Positions 40,388 through 49,991 of a stretch of DNA of 64,000 bases are shown here, piece after piece; the first letter of the stretch is position 1, and the number at the start of each line of letters is the position of its first letter. Origin of the DNA: an uncultured virus (IMG/VR IMGVR_UViG_3300028888_000089) (taxonomy: Duplodnaviria > Heunggongvirae > Uroviricota > Caudoviricetes); the IMG/VR virus record IMGVR_UViG_3300028888_000089. The stretch is one strand, 5' to 3'. Under the pieces are notes generated by a model. It was not told the origin of the DNA. It worked only from the letters and a program-made list of their open reading frames with translations, and searched no databases. The position numbers were made by a program, and so were the translations under genes.

Positions 40388-40412
40388 CACTATACAATGT
40401 GTTTTTTACGCG
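40388..40412 (-). promoter_or_regulatory. Promoter-like motif upstream of the period-5 array
   Basis: CGCGTAAAAAACACATTGTATAGTG followed by a GGAGAGGAC/GTCTTCTCC hairpin. Confidence 0.6.
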
Positions 40413-40416
40413 TAGA

Positions 40417-41181
40417 TCATTTGTCTCCAAATATGCCATGGTCCTCGTCTTCTATTTCGACATCTTCTTCAGAAAAAGTATGGAAAGAGAATGGAAATTC
40501 TATAAATATAACAGGCTTGCCATTTAGCATTCCATTTCTATGCGTAAAATCGATCCATGAATATCCATAGAATGTTTCTCCAAGCAACTCATCCCATCCG
40601 AATTCATCGCCACGGTCCACTTGATTCAATTTAAATAATTGAAGCATCTGATTAAAAGTTATATCGCCGGTTCCTTTAAAAAACCTGTTCGTATCATATT
40701 CTGCCATCATAACCTGTAATTCACTGGCTTCAAATATAATATTCTGATCATTAAAGTTAAGCACAAACGTCTTCAGTGCACTGTCGTCCGTACTCGGCGT
40801 CAACTTCTGGTTAACCATAGCATCAATTAATTTTTCACCTTGAGGACCGTTGATCTTGGTTGAAATATCTTTATAGGTATCATGGAGTTTTTTTATGTCT
40901 TTATATGCTCCTTGGGGCAATATCTGAGACCCTATAATGCTTCCAATCGTAGCAGCAGACGTAGCTATGACCGGAATATAACAAGGTAATTGCGCTTTGG
41001 TTGACTCCATAAATGTGAGTTGCGCATTTTCATCACCTGTTTGCTCACGTTTATCAGCCAAAGCTTTTTCTTTTGCCTCCTTTGCCTCTGGTGCTTTTTT
41101 GGCTGTAAGAAATATCGTATAAATGAATCCTCCACCAGCCAAAATGGTTAAGAAAATACCAAATTTACTTTTAGCTGACAA
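40417..41181 (-). CDS. DUF6353-like phage membrane protein (paralog 3)
   Basis: FLT.LA..G...T...TAK.AP.A, CYIP and GDEFGW...WIDF.H patterns. Confidence 0.65.
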   Translation of the reverse strand: MSAKSKFGIFLTILAGGGFIYTIFLTAKKAPEAKEAKEKALADKREQTGDENAQLTFMESTKAQLPCYIPVIATSAATIGSIIGSQILPQGAYKDIKKLHDTYKDISTKINGPQGEKLIDAMVNQKLTPSTDDSALKTFVLNFNDQNIIFEASELQVMMAEYDTNRFFKGTGDITFNQMLQLFKLNQVDRGDEFGWDELLGETFYGYSWIDFTHRNGMLNGKPVIFIEFPFSFHTFSEEDVEIEDEDHGIFGDK

Positions 41182-41571
41182 ATATAATTCCTCCTTTTCT
41201 GCTGTTTTTCATAGGATATGCTCATATTTCCTGTAATTCATCGTCTTTATCCTCAAATTCAAGTTCAGCAATTGGCAAAATATCCATATCCCAATTCATT
41301 TCAGACGGATCTTCCGCACCAACAGCTTTGAGTAACCGTTTCTGAGTTTCTTCATTGAGATTGCTAAAATAAATGGGAAAATTAATCATTTTCGTTTCCT
41401 CCTTACTTCATTTATTCCATGTAAAGTGATTTCTTCCCACATTTCCTGCAAACAAAGAAACAGCTTGAAAAACTGCCATGTTCTAATACATTCGGACGAA
41501 CGTAATCATGCAGGCAACAAATCTTGTTGAAAAATCTTCTAATTGCCTTTATCATCCTCTTTTACTTCCTT

Positions 41572-42603
41572 TTACAAGCATTCCGAATAACGCACAGCTT
41601 CTCCCCTGTCGATAAAGAAGTGAATTCCACCAGCGCATTCCTGGAACCGGTCTTCACAAAAATCATTAGTCGGCGTAATAATTTCGCCAGGCCTATAAAC
41701 AAATTTTGGATCGAATGATGACTCTGCAGTTTTTAAAGGGCCATGCGGATAATCTAATCTTTCACCAGTAAGGGATTGAAACTCTAGCACCTCAGCCTTT
41801 TCAGCGCGGCATTTTCTACCAGTCGAAGATGACCTCTTACTATCTTCCGGAATAAGTAATTTTACGATTATCGGGCCAACGTCCGATTTGCAAGCCTTCC
41901 ATGCTATAAATCTACCTGTATCTGGACATGCTAATGGAATGTAAGGTAAAGATGCCATTTCTTTTTTAGTAGTAGAATCAAGGTAAACATTTTTGCCGAA
42001 ATGAGAAGTTGATAAATCGGTATCCTCTAAATTAGCAGAACGGAAGCTAGTATAATCGATACATGTATAAAAAATTCCAGTCCCACAAAAATAAGCGCCA
42101 TCGAAACAGGAATCGCATATGATAGAATCGTTTATTATAGAATGATTCAAATCGACATTATCTAATTGGCAACTCAAGATCGTGACATGATCCCAAGTAC
42201 TACCAATTAGCTGAGCTTCGATAAAATAGCATTTACGGAATATGGATTCGTATACATAATTTACGGTTCCTATTAATCCGATAGTGTTACTAAAATTTGC
42301 ACCTATAAACATGGACCTGTTTATTTTTACATTGATAAATGAGGCCCCACAAAAAATAGTGTCTTCAAAATAAGACATATCGATTGTGACATTACGAAGG
42401 GTCGAATTTGAAAAATCAGCATGTGAAAGATTAACACCTGTAAAATTCACATTCTCGATATCACAATTTGAAAAATCTGCTATCAGATAATCATCCCTAT
42501 CAAGCGATGGACGACTTAACCATTCTTTATGACCCTCAAGAACCTCTTTTAAATTTGTCCCATCATACTTCATTCTCTTTTGCCTCCTTAGATTGAAGTT
42601 CAT
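41572..42603 (-). CDS. Pentapeptide-repeat protein with C-terminal DUF5758-like domain
   Basis: ADFSN/ANFSN/ANLED repeats; CP..G.FIAWK, RSSSTGRKCRA and ECAGGIHFF motifs. Confidence 0.85.
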   Translation of the reverse strand: MNFNLRRQKRMKYDGTNLKEVLEGHKEWLSRPSLDRDDYLIADFSNCDIENVNFTGVNLSHADFSNSTLRNVTIDMSYFEDTIFCGASFINVKINRSMFIGANFSNTIGLIGTVNYVYESIFRKCYFIEAQLIGSTWDHVTILSCQLDNVDLNHSIINDSIICDSCFDGAYFCGTGIFYTCIDYTSFRSANLEDTDLSTSHFGKNVYLDSTTKKEMASLPYIPLACPDTGRFIAWKACKSDVGPIIVKLLIPEDSKRSSSTGRKCRAEKAEVLEFQSLTGERLDYPHGPLKTAESSFDPKFVYRPGEIITPTNDFCEDRFQECAGGIHFFIDRGEAVRYSECL

Positions 42604-43317
42604 GAAGTCTTATAGCCGCTTTTGTTAAAATAGTAATCAAAGATACGATTTGCTCAGGATCTTCAAATCCTTGCAACATAGTAAAGGTCCATTTTTCATC
42701 GAGACTTTCGGAATCATCAATCGGTCCTAATTGACGCTTTTTATCGGAAAATGCTGTCCCTAATATAGCAATATCTTTTCCATTTTCATCTTTTTTATAC
42801 CAGACAACATTTCGGCAATACCCTTTTGGTATCATAAATACGTTTGGAACATCTTCATTATAGTAAAGATTTGGATATTTCTCGGGAAGGGGCTTGAAAT
42901 ATTTAGACATATCATTTTCCCTCCATTTTTCGCATATTCCTGCATGCTTCACAAATCCATTTTGTCCAGAGTACGCCTTTTATGATTCCTACAGAAAAAT
43001 ATAATTCCGTATTCTCGCACTCACACCATGGGCATTTTCCAAACTTATTCTTGCTCATTAGATTTTAGTCTCCTCCCAATAAACCTTATAATAAAACTAG
43101 AAACAATATCCGAGCACTTTGAACGGAAAAGACACCATTTTGCAGACTTTATTTTGTCTCCGTTAATATAATACTCTGCTCTATCGATCAGCTTCTTTTC
43201 ATGAATAACCATACACTTCGCCAATCTGTGGAGTTTGACATAAATATAAAGCACCATTACACCTCCTAAAAAATAAGAGGTGACTACAACGATCACCCCT
43301 TATCGCACCTCGTATTC

Positions 43318-43869
43318 TCAAATAAAAACGACATGAACATCATCGTCATCTACTGCTAATTTATATGCACTAGCATACACCGTACGATCATGCTCTAGCT
43401 GTTTTTTGAATTTATCCAAAGTCGAATCAAGGCAACCATCAAGCTTACGAAGAGCCGTTTTCTCTGCCTGGTTGCAAATGCGCTTTTTGAGCTCTTCAAT
43501 ATCAAGGCTATTGACCTGATCCTGAATCTTTGATGCAGCATCATCACGAATGGAATTAGCGCAGCTTTCAACTGCTTTCTTAGCCTCTGCTTTAAGCTGT
43601 TTAGAGGCATCAGACACAACATCATCATGAACGTTCTGAAGATAGTCATCCACTTTAGAATTCGCAGATTTACGAACTGCTGCCTGAAGCATGGTATCTG
43701 TAATTTTGCTTTCGCTGGTTGCCTCAAGATCGCACATGCTATTGTTGAGCTTCTTAAGAATGTGATTTGCCCTTACTGTAGTATAGACGCTAACTACGAC
43801 AGAAGAGACGGCTGTAACGACTGCGCCAGCAGCAATAATAACTAACTTATTCATTTTCATTTCCTCCAC
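43318..43869 (-). CDS. Membrane-anchored coiled-coil protein
   Basis: N-terminal TM segment, helical body. Confidence 0.6.
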   Translation of the reverse strand: MEEMKMNKLVIIAAGAVVTAVSSVVVSVYTTVRANHILKKLNNSMCDLEATSESKITDTMLQAAVRKSANSKVDDYLQNVHDDVVSDASKQLKAEAKKAVESCANSIRDDAASKIQDQVNSLDIEELKKRICNQAEKTALRKLDGCLDSTLDKFKKQLEHDRTVYASAYKLAVDDDDVHVVFI

Positions 43870-44320
43870 TCATGCGATCTTTTATCATTTCTACAATTCC
43901 CATAACTGGTTCTTTGTACCAAATGTAATGATTACCTGGCCAAACAAATTTTTCTCCAAAAATACAATGATAACGATGATCCTGTCCATAAAAAGCAACC
44001 TGACAAGCATGACGTGGTTTTGTTGCCTTATTCGGTTCTTTAATGTCACGTTTTCTTGGACTCGCGACATCCTCGCTCCAGCACTGAACCTCATTTGGGT
44101 CAGAGCACTTTTTAAGATTGCTATACCAGTTCCAATGATCACTCACTCTGAAACTGAGCTCCGGCTTTCCATAATACGTGATCTGATCTTTTGTCCCAGC
44201 GGGGACCAAATACGCGCTAAGGTCAGCATTGCAACTTGCCACAACCTCATAACCAAGCGGCTTCAATAATGCAGCAAGAGTGTCAAAGTATATCCTACAT
44301 TCTTTAAACTTTTCCTCCAT
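43847..44320 (-). CDS. Hypothetical phage protein
   Basis: 157 aa with RBS; FRVSDHWNW motif. Confidence 0.65.
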   Translation of the reverse strand: MEEKFKECRIYFDTLAALLKPLGYEVVASCNADLSAYLVPAGTKDQITYYGKPELSFRVSDHWNWYSNLKKCSDPNEVQCWSEDVASPRKRDIKEPNKATKPRHACQVAFYGQDHRYHCIFGEKFVWPGNHYIWYKEPVMGIVEMIKDRMSGGNENE

Positions 44321-45138
44321 TTTTGAACCCTCCTAAAAAATTAAGGAGGACGTTATTCTACATCCCCCTCATTATCAAACGTGTTCCTTACGCGAAAAAC
44401 GGAAGCCAATGTTCGAAACACGACTTCCATTTTGATTTTATAAGTATTGCCACTTTACTCCTATGGACATCAAAGCGTGTTTTTGCTGGTCTGTTAAATT
44501 CAAACTTTTAATAAATTCGCTTGGCCCAAGTGTAGATTCCTCATATTTCTTGTTTATTTCTTCAAATAATCGCTTTAGAACAATGTATTCTCCTGGAGGA
44601 ATGCTATTATAGATTCCCCAGTCAACAATGCTTGGCTTTTGCTTTTTATTTGTCATCTTTGCCATCTTCTTTCCGCGCCATATCAATGACATCACTCCAG
44701 TCAAGTCTCTGTGTACAATTATGGCAATACTTTTGAGCAAATCTTACTACTCTTTTGCATTCTGGACAATCACCAACATACCCCTCATAAGAATGTCGTC
44801 TTAGTCTTTCCGGTTTCATCGGGCATCGAATTCCTGATTTTTCTAGCAATGCAAGCTTATCTAAAATCAGTTTCAACAGCATTAAGATCGATAATAAAAA
44901 CGCAGATGTAAAGATCATATAAATTTCAGTTATCTCCATTAGATTGTGCCTCCTTTAATTACCAGACATTATTTCAAACAGGCATCCGAATATGAACGCC
45001 GCGATTGCTAAACCAATAAATGTTAATATTCCTCCCATTGAACATCACCTTTCGATCGGATATACATACTCAACCCGCATACCTCCTTTATATATTAGAT
45101 TTTTTTTTTGTTTTTGCATAAATATGCAGACACCTTAT

Positions 45139-45183
45139 CTCTTAATCAGGGTGTCTAGGGTTCGAGTCCCTAATGGTGTACAA
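45139..45183 (+). other. 3' half of tRNA-Lys(CUU); candidate attP core
   Basis: CTCTTAATCAGGGTGTCTAGGGTTCGAGTCCCTAATGGTGTAC; no 5' half; opposite strand to the phage genes. Confidence 0.6.
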
Positions 45184-45296
45184 GGGCTCCGAGGATTACT
45201 TGGGGTCCATTTTTAGTAGAAAAGTGACATATAAACTTCCATTTTGATTTGTTCAAAACCAGAAAAGCCAATAAATTCAACGCTTATAACAAATAT

Positions 45297-45794
45297 TCAT
45301 TTGTTCTGCATATCGTAATCGGCCTTCTGTATCTGTGAATAAAGAATCATCGAAGCGACCATTACAGCTCTATGGAATGCGATGTATGCGGTTTCTTTCG
45401 TATCTGGCAAAGCATTCATTTCCTCAATTGACCATACTAGCAAGTTCTTATCATCAAGCTCGCTTGACAATACATATGCGAATCCGTCTCTAATTTTTTC
45501 ATATGCCTCTTTTGTTTTGCACAGTCTTTCTCCATATGAAGACCAAAAAGCACGAAATGTATCGCCATGACGTGTACAAACATATGGTTTCTCAAAAATG
45601 TTACTAGCATTCTTTAAATGCTTTGCCATGTCATTTGAAATGATGATCTTTATCGATGAATTCATAAGACGACAAAGTGCGACAATGAATACTTCATCAC
45701 AAGTAAACTCCCCCTCTTGAATGATGATTTGGTCATAATCGAATACCATAAACTCGCCTCCTAAAAATGTAAGAGGATGTTTAATCCTCTTCAT
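45297..45794 (-). CDS. Degenerate MYG1-like protein fragment
   Basis: EGEFTCDEVF.VAL resembles HxGxFHxDE/DVF; AFHRAV..A..IL; true start probably MVFDY. Confidence 0.4.
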   Translation of the reverse strand: MKRIKHPLTFLGGEFMVFDYDQIIIQEGEFTCDEVFIVALCRLMNSSIKIIISNDMAKHLKNASNIFEKPYVCTRHGDTFRAFWSSYGERLCKTKEAYEKIRDGFAYVLSSELDDKNLLVWSIEEMNALPDTKETAYIAFHRAVMVASMILYSQIQKADYDMQNK

Positions 45795-47202
45795 TTTATT
45801 CCATGTTTAGTGCGCGAGTTTATTAGATAACCAGCCTTCATTTTTAAGATACTTTTAGCGCGAAAATAAGAAGCAAAAGTTTTATTTACTTCTACTTCTT
45901 ATTTCGAAAATCAAATTATTCACCAATGTTATTCAACATGGCATGCAAACGATTGATAGCATTTATACATGGTTCACTAGCAGTTGCCATGCTAAGTGTC
46001 TCTTTCATCATCTGCTCAACTCCTGTCAGAATTTCCTCGTTCAATTGCTGCTGCTCTTTAACGAGTACCTCTGCTTTTCTCACAGCGCTTAAAGCATATT
46101 CTATATCAGCCATATCCCTCTTATGCATAATGCACATGCCAGAAATGCAACCTAGTATAGCTGCTGTCAAAACTTTCCACCACATTGTAAAACCTCCTTT
46201 TAATAATTTAGTTCCCATTATTAGACATGTTTAGCACGCGAAAAAATGGAAGTCCAAGTTTATTGGACGACCATTTATGGAGAGAATTATCTATTAACAT
46301 CGATAACTTCTGTTTTTCCTTTTTTCATATTATTAACAAGTTTTTCCGCTGTGGGTATAACAACTTTCTTTGTAGTTTCATATACACCAACCCAGAACAT
46401 TGCATGTACAAAAATAACAGTAAACATAATTTACATCCTCCTTTAATACAGTTCATCCTCTCCATTATTATGCATGTTGATTGCGCGAGATAAAAAAAAC
46501 GTCGCCATGTTAAAATGACGACGTCAAGTCAAATACTTGAGATAATTTTTTAGCAATCTCGGATTCGTCATCATAGAAATAACCGTAAACATTAACCCGT
46601 TTCTTTGTCACCTTCCATTCTATTTGTTCTTCATCCCAGACTTTATCACTATCGATACATAATATGGCTGGTGCAATCCTCATATTATGCGTCATGTCAA
46701 AAGCCCGTTTTACAAGATTCGTAGCTTCATTTGGTGCCAAATCTTTTTTAACATAATGGTTAAACATAATAATTCCTCCTTTCCATTATTTGGCATGTTC
46801 CAGACGCGAAAAAAAAAAGAAACCGCATTGTTCATGCGGCTCTTTCTCCTTTGAATTTTTCTACTTTCTTTGAATATACCCATTCAGCATGCAGTACCGA
46901 TGCTATATCGGTTATTGGCCATAAAGCCCCGCATACGAACATTGCGATATAATAGCCTACTTCAGATGATTTGTTAATATAGATGAATAGATCATAACCA
47001 GGATCTTTCATCTGCCAACACTTCATCTGAAGCTCTCTTATGTAGGTTCGTACAAAGTGCCTCATAATAAAACCCGATATAACATATGCCACAATTCCAA
47101 ATATAATACTCATGACAGTATACCTCCTTCATTATTAGCCATGTTTAACATGCGAAAGAAAAAAACGGAAGTCCAAGTTTATTGGACAACCGTCTTTGGA
47201 GG

Positions 47203-47625
47203 TTATTCGAAAACAACCACTGGCTCAATTATCCAATCTGGATGATCCTTAAATTTACCAGCATACATAGTATCGTTACCTTTTTTGAAAACATAAATCT
47301 CGACATCCATAGGAATGCGTTTATTGATTTGTGAAATAATAAGCTCTCTATTTCGATCTAAATAGTCCTCAAATGTGGAATCTTTAGAAAGGCCTATAAG
47401 ACGAGCAGCCATGCTGGTTAGTAGCATATCGCCTGTCTTTCTTAGCTCTTCAAACTTGTTCCACGTTTTTTTGAACGATTCGAAATTATTACACAAAATA
47501 GCATTATAGTTTGCATATGAATTCAAAAAATCATCTTTAACGCGCTCAAATTCGTCAATACTAATGTTTTCTCCAGGTATAAAACCATGTGATATAACGC
47601 TGTATTTCATATTAGTTTTTTCCAT
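47203..47625 (-). CDS. Hypothetical cassette gene
   Basis: Lies between a promoter motif and a terminator. Confidence 0.6.
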   Translation of the reverse strand: MEKTNMKYSVISHGFIPGENISIDEFERVKDDFLNSYANYNAILCNNFESFKKTWNKFEELRKTGDMLLTSMAARLIGLSKDSTFEDYLDRNRELIISQINKRIPMDVEIYVFKKGNDTMYAGKFKDHPDWIIEPVVVFE

Positions 47626-48035
47626 TTTTTCAAATCCCCTTCCATTTTGATTTGGATTTAACCTCCATTAAAAGGAATGTTTTCTAAGCGAAAAAAAAAA
47701 AGAAACGCCACGTTTGTGGCGAATCTTTTAAGATCTAAACTTATTCTCAATTTCTTTCCTTTCTTCATCAGTTTTGAATCCCATAGGGATCTTTGTCACT
47801 TGTTTTTTGTCATGCTCTTTTTCATAAAATTTCTTCATTTCGACATATTTTTTGCACCATCTTGAATAATCTTTTACGCACCGCATAATATACCCAATAA
47901 GGTATAAAGTCCCACCAATAGATCCTAAAATTTCCAGAATATTCATGTAAAAACCTCCTTTAAATTTAGTTCCCTTAAGTAGCATGTTCCTTAAGCGAAA
48001 AAGAAAGCCCGTGTGTTTTACACGAGCGTTCCTTT

Positions 48036-48440
48036 TTAGAATGTTATCCATCCTAAACCGTATTCTTTCTCCAGTTCCTCTGCTGCTCGAAGTAACGCTT
48101 TTGTCAGAAACTGCTTATATGTCGTCCCTTTTGCTGGATCGGTGAAGTGCACACCTTTCTTAACTTTGTAATCGTCCTGTCTGCCTCTGACATAAAACAC
48201 ATCATATGAATACTGACTAAGCTTCATGGTTCTCCCAGTTTCACTGGTTCCCACGAAGATAATCCGTTCTTTTGTATGATGATTTAAAAATATCATCATA
48301 GCAGATTCAGGCTTAATGCAAACGCCGAAATGCACCTCCATTAATCCATAATCCGGATCTTCGCAATCTCCGATGTCAATAAGCGTACTCCCATCAAACA
48401 GTTTTGTGGTTCTGAATATTGGTTTATACATTTTTAACAC
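48036..48440 (-). CDS. Hypothetical cassette gene
   Basis: AGGAGGTG RBS directly after the promoter motif; probable start MYKPIF. Confidence 0.6.
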   Translation of the reverse strand: MLKMYKPIFRTTKLFDGSTLIDIGDCEDPDYGLMEVHFGVCIKPESAMMIFLNHHTKERIIFVGTSETGRTMKLSQYSYDVFYVRGRQDDYKVKKGVHFTDPAKGTTYKQFLTKALLRAAEELEKEYGLGWITF

Positions 48441-48963
48441 CTCCTATTTAAGAAGATGTTTCTTAAGCGAAAAAAAAGAAAGCCCGTGTGTTTTACACGA
48501 GCAATCTTTTGGAGGAGTATTAATTAACTATCCTTTACGTACTGTATATAGTAATATCTCCTTATTTGAAAATCAAAATTCATCTCATCGTTGGTCATAT
48601 TCTGGATCATATTTACATGATTCTCATTGCTATCGATCCCTCGTTCCCAGTTGCCACCGAAAATAGAGCTGAGACTGTCAATGTGATTCCTTAAATCCCA
48701 TCTAAGCCAGTCTTGACAAACTTTATAATCTTTTCGAATAGCAATCACCAGAGCATCGGTAAGCTTAGTTTCAATCGGTTTCAATCCACGATTTTCGTAC
48801 CACTCTTTTGAATGTTTTCCTTCTTTGTAGATTTTACACATAATGGCGTACATAATAATACCTCCTTTATTATTTCCTCCACTAAAAGGCATGTTTATGA
48901 TGCGAAAAAAAAGAAAGGAAGAGTTTTTCACACGGGCACCACTCCGCATAATCAACTCTCCCT

Positions 48964-49076
48964 TGCCGATGTCGGGATTCGAACCCAATAATACCAAACA
49001 GATGTCATTCTATCATGATGAGCGGGAACTGTCAAAAGGAGGCAAGGAGGAAAAGTTAACATCTGTCATCACCGGC
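48964..49076 (-). ncRNA. tRNA-mimic RNA (acceptor + T-arm, no D-arm) with tandem anti-Shine-Dalgarno loop
   Basis: GCCGGTG/CATCGGC acceptor; TTGGG-TTCGAAT-CCCGA; ACAGATGT/ACATCTGT stem enclosing CCTCCTT twice. Confidence 0.55.
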
Positions 49077-49087
49077 TTGAATATAAG

Positions 49088-49161
49088 TTGTCCACCTGGG
49101 ACTCGAACCCAGAACCAACTGCTTATAAGACAGGTGCTCTCACCGATTGGGCTAGTGGACA
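49088..49161 (-). tRNA. tRNA-Ile(UAU)
   Basis: TGTCCAC/GTGGACA acceptor; loop CUUAUAA; GGTTCGAGTCC T-arm. Confidence 0.85.
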
Positions 49162-49583
49162 ATAAAAAGAATGAAAGTGCTTTATAACAGCGTCCCCACC
49201 GACGTCGTTCCTGTTTCCCGCCAAAATAATCCATAAGATGAACAAAGACGAAGCTACATAAATACATGCACGAGACATGGTTTCCCAATGTATTTAAGTA
49301 ATTGCGTGTCTATGGCATAGATCTAGATGCTTAGTTGTTGACTATGAAATTTGTATGGCTGGATTATTAAGGACTTCTCCGAATAAAGCACTTCCATTTT
49401 GATTTAATTGAATTGCCTGAGTAATCGATCCATCATAAATTAACTAATAATTCTAGTTATAGCCTAATCTCCGGCTTCGAGTTGGTGGATATACTCAGAT
49501 TGCAATTCAAGTCAATCCGAAAAATCGAGAAGGATGCATTTTACTTCCTTCTCATCTTTGCGTATGTTTTATACGCGTATGTC

Positions 49584-49985
49584 TCACCAACGCTGCCTTG
49601 CCGGATACGGCATGGGCATATTATGGCCACTAGCATTCATAGCCTCGGAGTAGCCATTATTGAAGCCATTGGCATATGAATCATTATTTGATTTCTGACT
49701 CATAGCTTCAGAATACCCTCTATCGTATCCTTCCATATAGCCGTCTCTACTGACGTATCTTCCATCTGCACCACGACCACGACGTCCAGATACGCCGGAA
49801 TCTTCATACTCTTCTGCTTCAAGCATAGCCTCAGCTGTTAAAAGACATTTGAGCCCATGTGAAAGGCAGTCGAACTTTTTAGCATCCGATTCCTCGAATT
49901 CATTCTTATTGGCATAAGCAGCATTGAGCTTCTTGAGCTCGTTAATAGCTACCCTTCTAAGATTATCAAACTCTTTCATTTTCAT
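49584..49985 (-). CDS. Hypothetical phage protein
   Basis: GGAGGA RBS; RGRGADGRYVSR motif. Confidence 0.7.
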   Translation of the reverse strand: MKMKEFDNLRRVAINELKKLNAAYANKNEFEESDAKKFDCLSHGLKCLLTAEAMLEAEEYEDSGVSGRRGRGADGRYVSRDGYMEGYDRGYSEAMSQKSNNDSYANGFNNGYSEAMNASGHNMPMPYPARQRW

Positions 49986-49991
49986 TCCTCC

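Larger units (their letters stand above)
44370..48904 (-). promoter_or_regulatory. Cluster of 11 promoter-like motifs delimiting gene cassettes
   Basis: Copies start at 44370, 45792, 45839 (degenerate), 46216, 46463, 46784, 47130, 47666, 47973, 48445, 48880. Confidence 0.7.

Noticed and set aside
39414..40570. Several overlapping ORFs on both strands over the period-5 array
   Set aside because: No convincing RBS; biased low-complexity translations; the 5-nt phasing is incompatible with codon structure
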